The notes under the pieces were generated by a model, which worked only from the letters and a program-made list of their open reading frames with translations, made no database searches and had not been told where the DNA came from. A stretch of 64,000 nt of DNA, from contig PWHR01000063.1 of NCBI GenBank assembly GCA_003554965.1, positions 30,134 through 94,133 on the forward strand, in the 5' to 3' direction. Below, in pieces: positions 10,101 through 18,122 of the stretch; position 1 is the first letter of the stretch, and the number at the start of each line of letters is the position of its first letter. A program made the position numbers and the translations under genes. This DNA comes from Thermoplasmata archaeon. GTDB taxonomy: Archaea > Thermoplasmatota > Thermoplasmata > Halarchaeoplasmatales > Halarchaeoplasmataceae.

Positions 10101-12976
10101 ATAAAACTTCAGAATATGGTATGCTTAGCTCGTTGATCTCACCAGAAATCGAACTCGAAGAAAATGCCGATGAAATCAAGTTGACTTTCGACCATTGGAG
10201 ATCTTTTAATTCACTATTCGATGGAGGCAACCTAAAGATCTCAACGAATGGAACAGATGGTCCTTGGGAAATTTTAGAACCGGAAGAAGATTATGATGGA
10301 AGTATAAACGAAGGATTCGGCAATCCTCTCGGTGGAGAACCGGGATGGGGCTCTTCCGAAGATTGGGAAACAGTAACTTTCGATCTAATAAATTATACAG
10401 GAGAGGACGTACATTTCAGATGGGATGCAGGCACTGAAGCCCATGATGATGATACAGAGGAAGGATGGCGAATAGACGATATAACAGTAACTTTTGAGAA
10501 TATGGAAGGAACTCAACACAATAGACTTGAATGGAGCAGTTCTCCAGACGAATATGTTTCTCAATACAACATATATAGGGCAGAGGATGCTGAAGGACCT
10601 TGGGATGATGATAGTAAAATAGATGAAGTTCCGCATAATATCAACCATTACGTAGATGAAGAAGCCGGAGAAGTAAGCGATGAGAGATGGTGGTATGTTG
10701 TCAGAGCAGAAAAAGACGTTGGAAACGAAGATGATAATGAAGTATCTCTTCGTGAGCCAGGAGGTCCTGATTTAGATATTACAGCGCCAGAGAAAAATTC
10801 TATATTTACAGAGAAAGAAGTCACAGTAGAATGGCAGGGCGACGATTCCATCGAAGATTATGAAATCCGTCTGAATGATGAAGAACCTGTAGCAGTAGGA
10901 GATGAGACTGAATATACTTTGGAAGATCTAACCGATTCAATTTACAGTGTATCAGTTTATGGTTATAATGGTGAAGAAGAGATAGGTTTTGATAATACTT
11001 ATTTCATAGTCGATACGGAACCTCCAGATCTGTCTATCAAACAACCTGAGAATGATAGTTATGTGTCCGATCCTGATGTCACTATAGAATGGGATTCTAG
11101 GGATGATCTAAGTGGAATAAACTACTACGAGATTCAATTTGAAGATGAAGATTGGGAGAAAGTAGAAGAAAGTGAATATACATTTTATGATCTTCATCAT
11201 GGAGAGACATATTCCGTTTCTGTTAGGGCTTGGAATAAAGCCGGTTTTAGTACTACAAGAAGTGTTGAATTTACAGTTGACACGGAGTCACCTGAAGTTG
11301 AGATGATCAGTCCTGGTGAGGGAGAAATAGTTACTGAGGAGGATCTCATAGCCGAGTGGACAGGAGCCGACGACGTTAGTGGAGTGAAAGATTATATCCT
11401 ATACCTTGATGACGAGATTATTTATGAAGGTGATGCAGAAGAATTCGAAATATCAGAATTGGATTCGGGAAACCATACTTTGAGCGTAAAAGCTAGAGAT
11501 TATGCAGGAAATACGGCTATGGACTCAATCAGCTTCACTATTGATACCGTGGATCCAACACTTGATATATTGTCACCGGACCATAATGAAATATTCTCAC
11601 AAGACAACGTTGAATTAAATTGGACCGGACATGATAATATAACAGGAATAGATAAGTATCAAGTTGAATTCAATGGGCAATTGATTTATGAAGGAGAGTC
11701 GGAATCTTACGAGTTGGTCGATCTTGAATCTGGACATCATGTCGTTGAGATAACGGCCTTCGACAATGCAGGTAACGAGGCTATGGAGGAAGTCGAATTT
11801 ATCGTGGATATGGTGTCTCCCACTGTAGAGATCACATCTCCTGAGCATGATTCGGTTCACTCGCAAGAAACCGTGATGGTTGAGTGGTCAGGCAGCGACG
11901 ATCTTAGCGGTATAGACAGGTACGAGTTGAAACTGAACGGTGAACTCATCTATGAAGGAGAGGAGGAAGCATACGAACTGCACGATTTAGAAGATGGCGA
12001 ACACTCTGTCCAAGTGAAGGCGATTGACAGAGTTGGTCAGGAAGGATATCAAGAGATAAATTTCATGATCGATACACAGTCTCCCCATCTAGAGATTTCT
12101 TCTCCTGAAGATGGAGAATTTTATATCGATGATGAAGTGATGGTTGAGTGGTCAGGCAGCGACGATCTTAGTGGTATAGACAGGTACGAGTTGAAACTGA
12201 ACGGTGAACTCACATATGAAGGAGAGTCGGAATCTTACGAGTTGGTCGATCTTGAATCTGGACATCATGTCGTTGAGATAACGGCCTTCGATAATGCAGG
12301 TAACGAGGCTGTGGAGGAAGTCGAATTTATCGTGGATATGGTGTCTCCGACTGTAGAGATCACATCTCCTGAACAGGATTCGGTTCACTCGCAAGAAACC
12401 GTGATGGTTGAGTGGTCAGGCAGCGACGATCTTAGCGGTATAGACAGGTACGAGTTGAAACTGAACGGTGAACTCGCCTATGAAGGAGAGTCGGAATCTT
12501 ACGAGTTGGTCGATCTTGACTCTGGACACCATGCCGTTGAGATAACGACCTTCGACAATGCAGGTAACGAAGCTGTGGAGGAAGTCGAATTTATCGTGGA
12601 TATGGAGCCTCCAACAGTAGAGATCACATCTCCTGAGCATGATTCGGTTCACTCGGAAGAAACCGTGATGGTTGAGTGGTCAGGCAGCGACGATCTTAGC
12701 GGTATAGATAGGTACGAGTTGAAACTGAACGGCGACCTTATGTACGAAGGAGATGGAGAGACATATGAACTACAGGAATTAGAGGACGGTGAACACACTC
12801 TTGAAGCCATAGCCTTCGATACCGCGGGAAATAATCAAACAGAAATGATTGATTTTGAAATAGAGACCCCAGAGCCTACGACTGAAGCATTACCCTTGGC
12901 CGTATGGATAATAATATCTATAGTGATTGTTGCGGCTGTGATCCTCGTCGTTTACAAATGGAAGTACGAAAATTAA
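7166..12976 (+). CDS. Large membrane-anchored S8 (subtilisin-like) serine protease with Ig/FN3-like repeats
   Basis: Catalytic triad motifs VAVADTG, HGHGTHV, SGTSMS; oxyanion SAGNDG; signal peptide; about 8 Ig-like units of about 88 aa; C-terminal TM helix. RBS ggtgg precedes ATG 7166. Confidence 0.9.
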   Translation: MSGMKKKTLALICTSIMVISLFALIPGGTVTGEEQSKEVILVESANLEDVNSLEGMGVEILDQYGQYTLINAEEKTIDNIQEKGYQIDTLSESSEIHVKGHTFDIEDKEPDLDGDMSIENRDDGEEGIHIINTVGPVNPEWIEILEEKGVEIINYVPNYAFEVIMTPEQAEQVEELFFVDWVGIYQPEFKMHSQIEEAMDKDMALNVRLRPGFEPGILNQINTELDVLAQEDLREDGYRLTVNVDSIDEVKDLAVENDVYYISPYVEPELHGEIDAQIIGGGAWIMDDEHGTPDEPYRKHGNYGGYINQIGYTGQDVTVAVADTGVGDGTTGDAGHPDFTDRVIDGYGFNDEDEWQDGHGHGTHVLGSAAGDTHHGGGEEVIYEGVYPGFAPYYMGQGLASESEIFSTKIFDDGGAFLPEEYYPIVEIPAQESDTYVHMNSWGAGTRGEYSDSDEAYDQLVRDADRDTENNEEMVITSSAGNDGQGGEQTTGSPGHAKNVISVGATETYKPDGGEHGGSNTDNPDMIADFSSQGWTEDNRIKPDVVAPGDNIISTASPEAHGEPTYSWMSGTSMSNPAVAGAAAVVVEWYEENFDKTPSPAMVRSLLINTAEPLDEENGNTGSVPNRKEGWGMVDISKLEYPYDSPIQFTLEDQDSLLTTGEVDEHLVSPMEDDEPLKITVTWTDENALAGDSEGGTPTLKNNLDLEVETPDGEIIRGNSFDLSGDGESDDGYTYPEAEVMDDFDYNEDGWDDVNNVQNVFIPPEELEDGAYTVRVKGTNVPSDANNDGQPNQDYALSVFNTEPPSDGIIRMDSDRYALEDEVGLTVLDGELGEEEYIDIGIYSDTDPEGLNWTLQGSEETFEFTGEVPISESEGEDVLKVSHGDSITAEYWDEDIGDGTGSLKTTTAYVDGESPYPPLLREVDWYGFQEVDSYHDDVEDGDKGYTIEKSHTNASDWGIRSNDASVGNHSWDFGDGEYNKTSEYGMLSSLISPEIELEENADEIKLTFDHWRSFNSLFDGGNLKISTNGTDGPWEILEPEEDYDGSINEGFGNPLGGEPGWGSSEDWETVTFDLINYTGEDVHFRWDAGTEAHDDDTEEGWRIDDITVTFENMEGTQHNRLEWSSSPDEYVSQYNIYRAEDAEGPWDDDSKIDEVPHNINHYVDEEAGEVSDERWWYVVRAEKDVGNEDDNEVSLREPGGPDLDITAPEKNSIFTEKEVTVEWQGDDSIEDYEIRLNDEEPVAVGDETEYTLEDLTDSIYSVSVYGYNGEEEIGFDNTYFIVDTEPPDLSIKQPENDSYVSDPDVTIEWDSRDDLSGINYYEIQFEDEDWEKVEESEYTFYDLHHGETYSVSVRAWNKAGFSTTRSVEFTVDTESPEVEMISPGEGEIVTEEDLIAEWTGADDVSGVKDYILYLDDEIIYEGDAEEFEISELDSGNHTLSVKARDYAGNTAMDSISFTIDTVDPTLDILSPDHNEIFSQDNVELNWTGHDNITGIDKYQVEFNGQLIYEGESESYELVDLESGHHVVEITAFDNAGNEAMEEVEFIVDMVSPTVEITSPEHDSVHSQETVMVEWSGSDDLSGIDRYELKLNGELIYEGEEEAYELHDLEDGEHSVQVKAIDRVGQEGYQEINFMIDTQSPHLEISSPEDGEFYIDDEVMVEWSGSDDLSGIDRYELKLNGELTYEGESESYELVDLESGHHVVEITAFDNAGNEAVEEVEFIVDMVSPTVEITSPEQDSVHSQETVMVEWSGSDDLSGIDRYELKLNGELAYEGESESYELVDLDSGHHAVEITTFDNAGNEAVEEVEFIVDMEPPTVEITSPEHDSVHSEETVMVEWSGSDDLSGIDRYELKLNGDLMYEGDGETYELQELEDGEHTLEAIAFDTAGNNQTEMIDFEIETPEPTTEALPLAVWIIISIVIVAAVILVVYKWKYEN
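11687..12742 (+). repeat. 264-bp (88-aa) intragenic tandem repeat; near-identical copies at 11687, 12215 and 12479 with a more divergent unit at 11951
   Basis: tatgaaggagagtcggaatcttacgagttggtcgatcttga... recurs at offsets of +528 and +264 bp. Confidence 0.9.
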
Positions 12977-13173
12977 AAACCAACTTAAACCCTTTCTTTT
13001 TATATATTTTTTTAGAATAATTTTTAAATAGGGACCATGATCGATAATATTTTAAAAGATTTCAAGAACGTCTAAATCTCTAGTAAAATCCGTTATGAAT
13101 TTAGTTGGTTAAATACAAAGGATGGACGTAAGTAAGAGGTTGATGAAAAAAGTGATAAATATCTTTTGAAAAT

Positions 13174-14922
13174 TCAGAAGTTCGGGATATCCAACCTTTC
13201 AAGCGTCTCTTTTTTAGGTTCACCATCCTGATCCCAGCCCATGCAGTCGTAATACTGATCCAACATCTTCTCCATGTCGAAGACGTTGTCCGAGGAGGTC
13301 CCTCTTTTCAATGGTTTCTCAAATCTTTCAGGCAGGAGATCATCTTCTCTCTCAAAACCCGCTTTCACATTGAACTGTCTCTCCAGGTTGTAGATCCTTT
13401 CACCTATGCCGTGGAGGTCAGAAATAGTGAAATCAACTCCGGTAACACTTCTCAAAAATCTAGAGTAGAACTCTTCATCTAAAGCAAAAGCGCCGAACTT
13501 ACACATTATCAACGAATCTAGGTATGCGTTCCTCTCCTGAGCTCTTTTCACGAGTTCCGGTTTCCCACTAGTCTTGAACCGGTCGAAGAGTTTAGGAACT
13601 CCAAATATCTCTTCCCCTATCAGATAGCCTCTGAGGTGACATCCTCCCCTATTCGAGGTGGCGAAAGATAATGCCTGACCGGCGGCCCCTCTAGGATCAT
13701 AAGCAGGAAGTTCCATCCCTTTGACCGTCATTGATAATTCACAGTCATACTCTTCACACAGCCTCTTCGAACCCTCCGCCAGTTTTTTTCCAACGCCTTT
13801 CCGGTGAGCTATCTTATACAAAAGACCGGTTACATCACTTCCGAACCCTTCCATGTCATCCCAGATTCCCTCTTCCTTCATCTCCATCGCACATGCGATC
13901 GTTCCTCCTGTAGATATAGTATCAAGACCCATTTCGTTGCAGCGGTAGTTCAACTCTGTAACCTTATCCAGATCGAAAAGCCCGATGTTCGAACCGAGGG
14001 CCCATACGCTTTCATATTCCGGTCCTTTACCCTCTTTTCCATCTATTTTCGTCTTCAGCCCACATCTTATGGGACAGGAATAACAACCCTCGTGATCTTC
14101 CACTATCTCTTCTTTCATCCTCTCTCCAGAGAGTTCGTCGGCTTCCTCTTCATCCGCACACTCCCTGAAATTCTTCTTGGAGAACATACCGAGCCAAGTG
14201 ATGAGATTGACCAATATCGGTGTGCCGAACTTTTTCAAGCCTCTAGATGTGACCGGTGAAGAGTCGATCTTGGAAGAGGCTTTTTTCACGTAATCTTTGA
14301 GTTTCTCCTGATCGTTCACATCGACCTTTTTAGACCCTTCCACCGTTATACCTTTCAGATTTTTACTCCCCATGACCGCTCCCAGTCCTCCCCTTCCGAA
14401 GACCCTGTATCCGTCGGTGACTATCGAAGCGTACCTGATCTCGTTCTCACCTGCGGGACCTATGACGGCGGAACGTTTTTCTATCTCATCGAAACACACG
14501 CCGGTCTTACTGCCCCAAAGATCGGTCTGAAACATCTTTATACCGTCTTCAGAGATATCGATGATGACCGGCTCGTCGGCCTGACCTTTGACTATCATTG
14601 CATCTAGACCCGCTCTCTTGAACTCCTTTCCAAAGGAGCCCCCTACATTGGAATCCGTGATGGTGCCGGTTAGTGGGGATTTAGCCGAGGCGGAAAAACG
14701 CCCTGAGGTTGGTATGGTCGTCCCGGTCAATGGCCCAGCCGAAAAGACCAGTACGTTGTCTTCCAAAGGATCAACTCTAGGATCTATCTCATCGATCAAA
14801 AGCCTTGCTCCTAGACCTCTTCCGCCGAGGTACTTTTTGAGCAGACCTTCACCTACCTCATCATATCTAACCTCAAAGGAGGACAGATCTACCCTCGCGA
14901 GTTCGTTCCACCAACCTTTCAT
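13174..14922 (-). CDS. aor: Aldehyde:ferredoxin oxidoreductase (tungstopterin AOR family)
   Basis: GGRGLGA, GRGGLGAVMGSKNLK, CYSCPIRC Fe-S motif, GPEYES, DPRG, NRGGCHL. Confidence 0.92.
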   Translation of the reverse strand: MKGWWNELARVDLSSFEVRYDEVGEGLLKKYLGGRGLGARLLIDEIDPRVDPLEDNVLVFSAGPLTGTTIPTSGRFSASAKSPLTGTITDSNVGGSFGKEFKRAGLDAMIVKGQADEPVIIDISEDGIKMFQTDLWGSKTGVCFDEIEKRSAVIGPAGENEIRYASIVTDGYRVFGRGGLGAVMGSKNLKGITVEGSKKVDVNDQEKLKDYVKKASSKIDSSPVTSRGLKKFGTPILVNLITWLGMFSKKNFRECADEEEADELSGERMKEEIVEDHEGCYSCPIRCGLKTKIDGKEGKGPEYESVWALGSNIGLFDLDKVTELNYRCNEMGLDTISTGGTIACAMEMKEEGIWDDMEGFGSDVTGLLYKIAHRKGVGKKLAEGSKRLCEEYDCELSMTVKGMELPAYDPRGAAGQALSFATSNRGGCHLRGYLIGEEIFGVPKLFDRFKTSGKPELVKRAQERNAYLDSLIMCKFGAFALDEEFYSRFLRSVTGVDFTISDLHGIGERIYNLERQFNVKAGFEREDDLLPERFEKPLKRGTSSDNVFDMEKMLDQYYDCMGWDQDGEPKKETLERLDIPNF

Positions 14923-15019
14923 GTCTGCTGCAAAGAGTAGGAAAATATAATTGTTTTATGGCTGAAGTTGATGCCTCCCGGCAAAAACTTTTTTATACTA
15001 CAGTGGGAGTAAGCAACTC

Positions 15020-15083
15020 GCACAGCGACCTTTTGAAGGGATGTGGAGTTCTCCCATCAGCCTTTATGGGGTGCTGTGTAACA
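15020..15083 (+). ncRNA. Structured leader hairpin followed by ACA (H/ACA-like or 5'UTR element) upstream of rpl7ae
   Basis: GCACAGC(15020-26)/GCUGUGU(15073-79) basal stem, UGAAGG/CCUUUA and GAUG/CAUC upper stems, ACA at 15081-83, TATA-like tttttata at about 14990. Confidence 0.35.
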
Positions 15084-15122
15084 CCGATGAAATGTGTGGA
15101 CGATTATGTCCGAAATGAGGTG
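15082..15122 (+). promoter_or_regulatory. Kink-turn overlapping the rpl7ae Shine-Dalgarno (probable L7Ae autoregulatory element)
   Basis: CACC-GAU-GA-A ... U-GA-GGUG gives a C-stem, a 3-nt bulge and tandem G.A pairs, capped by a GGAC/GUCC hairpin. The 3' strand is the SD GAGGTGG. Confidence 0.7.
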
Positions 15123-15129
15123 GAAATAC

Positions 15130-15498
15130 ATGCCAGATAAAGTATTTGTGAATTATGAAGTTCCAGACGAGTTAGTGGACAAGACCTACGAAGCAGTAGA
15201 AACTGCTAGAGATACTGGTGAAGTTAGAAAAGGTACGAATGAAGTGACCAAGTATGTTGAAAGGGGCGAGGCCGTTCTCACGGTCATGGCAGAAGATGTC
15301 ACCCCTCCTGAGATCTTGGCTCATCTACCGCTCCTTTGTGAAGAAAAAGACGTTTCTTACTCTTACGTACCTTCACAGAATGAATTGGGAGCGGCATCCG
15401 GTATCGATGCACCATCAGCTTCCGTTGCGATAGTCGATCCAGGTGACGGCGAGCAGATGATCGAGGATCTCAAGAAAAAACTCGAAGACCTTAAATAA
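15130..15498 (+). CDS. rpl7ae: 50S ribosomal protein L7Ae
   Basis: [13 protein letters not shown]...[20 protein letters not shown]. True ATG at 15130 after the SD. Confidence 0.97.
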   Translation: MPDKVFVNYEVPDELVDKTYEAVETARDTGEVRKGTNEVTKYVERGEAVLTVMAEDVTPPEILAHLPLLCEEKDVSYSYVPSQNELGAASGIDAPSASVAIVDPGDGEQMIEDLKKKLEDLK

Positions 15499-15539
15499 GG
15501 CTCGAGTAAAATATATCTAATTGAAAAGAGGAGTCTAAA

Positions 15540-15752
15540 ATGGCTGCGGATGATAGTATCCCTGGTGAAGTTGTCGAGATCGTCGGCAGGACCGGCATGA
15601 GCGGTGAAGCTACCCAGGTAAAGGTCAGAGTCCTCAAAGGAGGGGACGAGGGTAGGATAATCACCCGCAATGTGATGGGACCTGTTCAAAAAGGAGACGT
15701 ATTGATGCTCAGAGAGACCGCCAGAGAGGCGAAGAAGATAGGAGTGAGATAA
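15540..15752 (+). CDS. rps28e: 30S ribosomal protein S28e
   Basis: [17 protein letters not shown]...[19 protein letters not shown]. Confidence 0.97.
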   Translation: MAADDSIPGEVVEIVGRTGMSGEATQVKVRVLKGGDEGRIITRNVMGPVQKGDVLMLRETAREAKKIGVR

Positions 15753-15753
15753 T

Positions 15754-16008
15754 ATGCCGGAGAGTAGAGAATGTACTTTCTGCGGCAATCCGATAGAGCC
15801 CGGCACTGGTACACTTAATATAAAGAACAGCGGTCAAGTCTTCCATTTCTGCAACAGTAAATGCAAGAAGAACATGATGGAATTGGGAAGAAAGGCTAGG
15901 GAGACGAGATGGACCAAGAGACACGCTCAAGATAAAGCGATCAGGACCTACACTAAAGGGGAAGATGAGGAAGAAGGTAAGAAGAAGATCCTCAAGAAGG
16001 AAGATTAA
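15754..16008 (+). CDS. rpl24e: 50S ribosomal protein L24e
   Basis: CTFCG..IEPGTG...FCNSKC zinc motif and a RWT motif; conserved operon position. Confidence 0.95.
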   Translation: MPESRECTFCGNPIEPGTGTLNIKNSGQVFHFCNSKCKKNMMELGRKARETRWTKRHAQDKAIRTYTKGEDEEEGKKKILKKED

Positions 16009-16020
16009 AGGAGGATCAAA

Positions 16021-16470
16021 ATGGAAACGACCTTTTTGATGGTCAAACCCGACGGTGTTCAGAGAGATCTGATCGGAGAAGTCATCTCTCGTGTCGAGGA
16101 GAGAGGTCTTCGGATAGTGGCGATGAAGATGCTTCACCTCGAACGAAATACCGCTGAAGAGCACTACGCGGAACACGAGGGTAAAGATTTCTATGAAACA
16201 CTTCTAGACTACATAACTTCAGGTCCTGTTGTTGCTATGGCGCTGAAAGGAAACAAGGCTATCTCACTGGTCAGGGATATGGTCGGAGATACAGATCCTA
16301 AAGACGCGTCACCGGGAACGATAAGAGGCGATTTCGGTATAGATATCGGAAGGAATATAGTGCATGCGGCAGATTCTGAGGAAAGCGCAGAGCGCGAACT
16401 GGATATATTTTTTGAGGGATCTGATTTCGTGGACTACAGAAAGGTAGAAGAAGACTGGATATACGAATGA
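16021..16470 (+). CDS. ndk: Nucleoside diphosphate kinase
   Basis: MVKPDGVQR, GTIRGDFG, NIVHAADS with the catalytic His. Confidence 0.97.
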   Translation: METTFLMVKPDGVQRDLIGEVISRVEERGLRIVAMKMLHLERNTAEEHYAEHEGKDFYETLLDYITSGPVVAMALKGNKAISLVRDMVGDTDPKDASPGTIRGDFGIDIGRNIVHAADSEESAERELDIFFEGSDFVDYRKVEEDWIYE

Positions 16471-16575
16471 AATTTTTCGAAAAACAACTTTCATCTTTTT
16501 TCTAATATACTTATTTAGAATATCTGTTAGACATCTTCCGAAACCTTTATAAACGAAAAAAGAGTTTATATTATT

Positions 16576-16637
16576 GTCTGACGTAAATTGGTTTAACGTC
16601 GGACTATGAAAATAGAAGGTGGCCTAAAGTGTCGGAC
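16576..16637. promoter_or_regulatory. Phased GTCNGAC palindromes (putative operator of the RHH regulator)
   Basis: GTCTGAC at 16576, GTCGGAC at 16598 (+22) and GTCGGAC at 16631 (+33); degenerate GTTAGAC at 16526; adjacent to TATA-like tttata 16565-70. Confidence 0.55.
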
Positions 16638-16943
16638 ACAAAGCGAATAACCGTCAGAATTCCTATAGAGATGGCTGAAGAGCTGGATGAAATGGTTGAG
16701 AAGGGGGAATATTCATCAACATCAGAAGCCATCAGGACTGCTATAGATGATCTGATAAAGAATAAAAACGCACCAGAACATATTTCTAAAGTCACTGTCG
16801 ATCTCCCTAAGAAGAAAGTTGGTGAGATCGAAAATCTGATCGAAAGAGGCGATTCCGTTAATGTAGACGATGCTATAAGGACTGCGGTAAGGGAATACGT
16901 TAGAGAAAGGATAAAGGAATACAAAAGAGAGTTAGAAGAGTGA
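16629..16943 (+). CDS. Tandem ribbon-helix-helix transcription regulator upstream of ftsZ2 (CdrS-like position)
   Basis: Two RHH units: RITVRIPIEMAEELDEMV...STSEAIRTAI and KVTVDLPKKKVGEIENLI...NVDDAIRTAV. Confidence 0.8.
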   Translation: MSDTKRITVRIPIEMAEELDEMVEKGEYSSTSEAIRTAIDDLIKNKNAPEHISKVTVDLPKKKVGEIENLIERGDSVNVDDAIRTAVREYVRERIKEYKRELEE

Positions 16944-17037
16944 ATGTCGGCATCGATCAGGTTAAACAAGAGAATCACTACTCGTCACCTATTCGTTCCG
17001 CTGTACTTAAGATAGCGGCTTGACCGAGGTCTTTCAT

Positions 17038-18042
17038 ATGAAGAGGAAAAGTAAGAAGAGGAGGAAATCTAACACAGACCTTGATATCTACGTGGTCGGA
17101 GTGGGTGGAGGAGGGAATAATAGTGTTGATAGGTTGAGCAGGATGGGGGTTTATGGAGCTACCACAATAGCAGTCAACACAGATAAAAAGCATCTCCAAA
17201 ACAAGAAAGCGGACAAAAAGATGCTGATAGGGAGCGATCTCAATCGAGGTATGGGTGCAGGGGGAAATCCTTCTTTAGGTAGGGAATGTGCGGAATCTGC
17301 CGCTGCAGGATTCGATAAGCTTTTTTCAGGAGCCGATCTAGTGTTTTTGACCACTGGACTGGGTGGAGGAACTGGTACGGGCGCCTCACCTTTGATAACC
17401 GAGATCGCCAGGAGGAGCGGAGCCATGGTGATCAGTATCGTGACGCTGCCCTTCTCGGTGGAAGGTAACAGGAGAAGGTTGGCGTGGAAAGGCGTACAGA
17501 AGATAGAGAACTACGCGAACACCACTATCACTCTAGACAATGACAAGCTTGTCGAGGTAAGTCCGGATATGCCACTAGATCAAGGTTTTGGTATGATGGA
17601 TTCGGTGATATCGAACCTGGTCAAAGGTATAACTGAAACTGTTACCAAGCAATCACTGATAAATCTAGATTTTAACGACCTTCGCACAGTGTTGGGAGGA
17701 GGTGGATATTCAACTCTTCTCACTGGAGAGGGACACTCTGAGGAGCCTTCACAGGTGGTGAAAAATGCGGAGGGGAATCCGTTTTTGGATGCTGATTACA
17801 AAGGAGCTAGAAGAGGACTCATCCATCTCACAGGATGCTCTAGAAGCCTTTCCGTCAGGAAGACCCATGATATCGTTGGATCTGTGACTTCTAAACTGGA
17901 TTCTAACGCATCGGTCATAGTGGGTGCTAGGATAGATCATAAATTCAAAAACAAGATAAAGATGATGGCCGTCTTGACAGGTTTAGAAAAAAAGAACATC
18001 AGGCCTTCGATAGAGAAGAAAGTTGTTCAAGAAGTTTATTGA
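17038..18042 (+). CDS. ftsZ: Cell division protein FtsZ (FtsZ2-type)
   Basis: GVGGGGNN, GAGGNP, GGGTGTG tubulin signature and SLINLDFND T7 loop; RBS gaggt before ATG 17038. Confidence 0.9.
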   Translation: MKRKSKKRRKSNTDLDIYVVGVGGGGNNSVDRLSRMGVYGATTIAVNTDKKHLQNKKADKKMLIGSDLNRGMGAGGNPSLGRECAESAAAGFDKLFSGADLVFLTTGLGGGTGTGASPLITEIARRSGAMVISIVTLPFSVEGNRRRLAWKGVQKIENYANTTITLDNDKLVEVSPDMPLDQGFGMMDSVISNLVKGITETVTKQSLINLDFNDLRTVLGGGGYSTLLTGEGHSEEPSQVVKNAEGNPFLDADYKGARRGLIHLTGCSRSLSVRKTHDIVGSVTSKLDSNASVIVGARIDHKFKNKIKMMAVLTGLEKKNIRPSIEKKVVQEVY

Positions 18043-18122
18043 ACAGGGTAGCGTTTTTACGGTTTGGGCGATATCCAATTTTAAGAAAAAATGATATATA
18101 ACACCGACATATAGTCTGAAAC

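Noticed and set aside
11687-12742. CRISPR array or non-coding repeat
   Set aside because: The unit is 264 bp, in frame and inside the protease ORF, with no short repeat-spacer pattern and no cas genes.
7115-13010. Similar AAACC...AAACCCTTT(C)TTTTTAT tracts after both surface-protein genes
   Set aside because: Consistent with ordinary archaeal oligo-T terminators; not treated as a novel motif.
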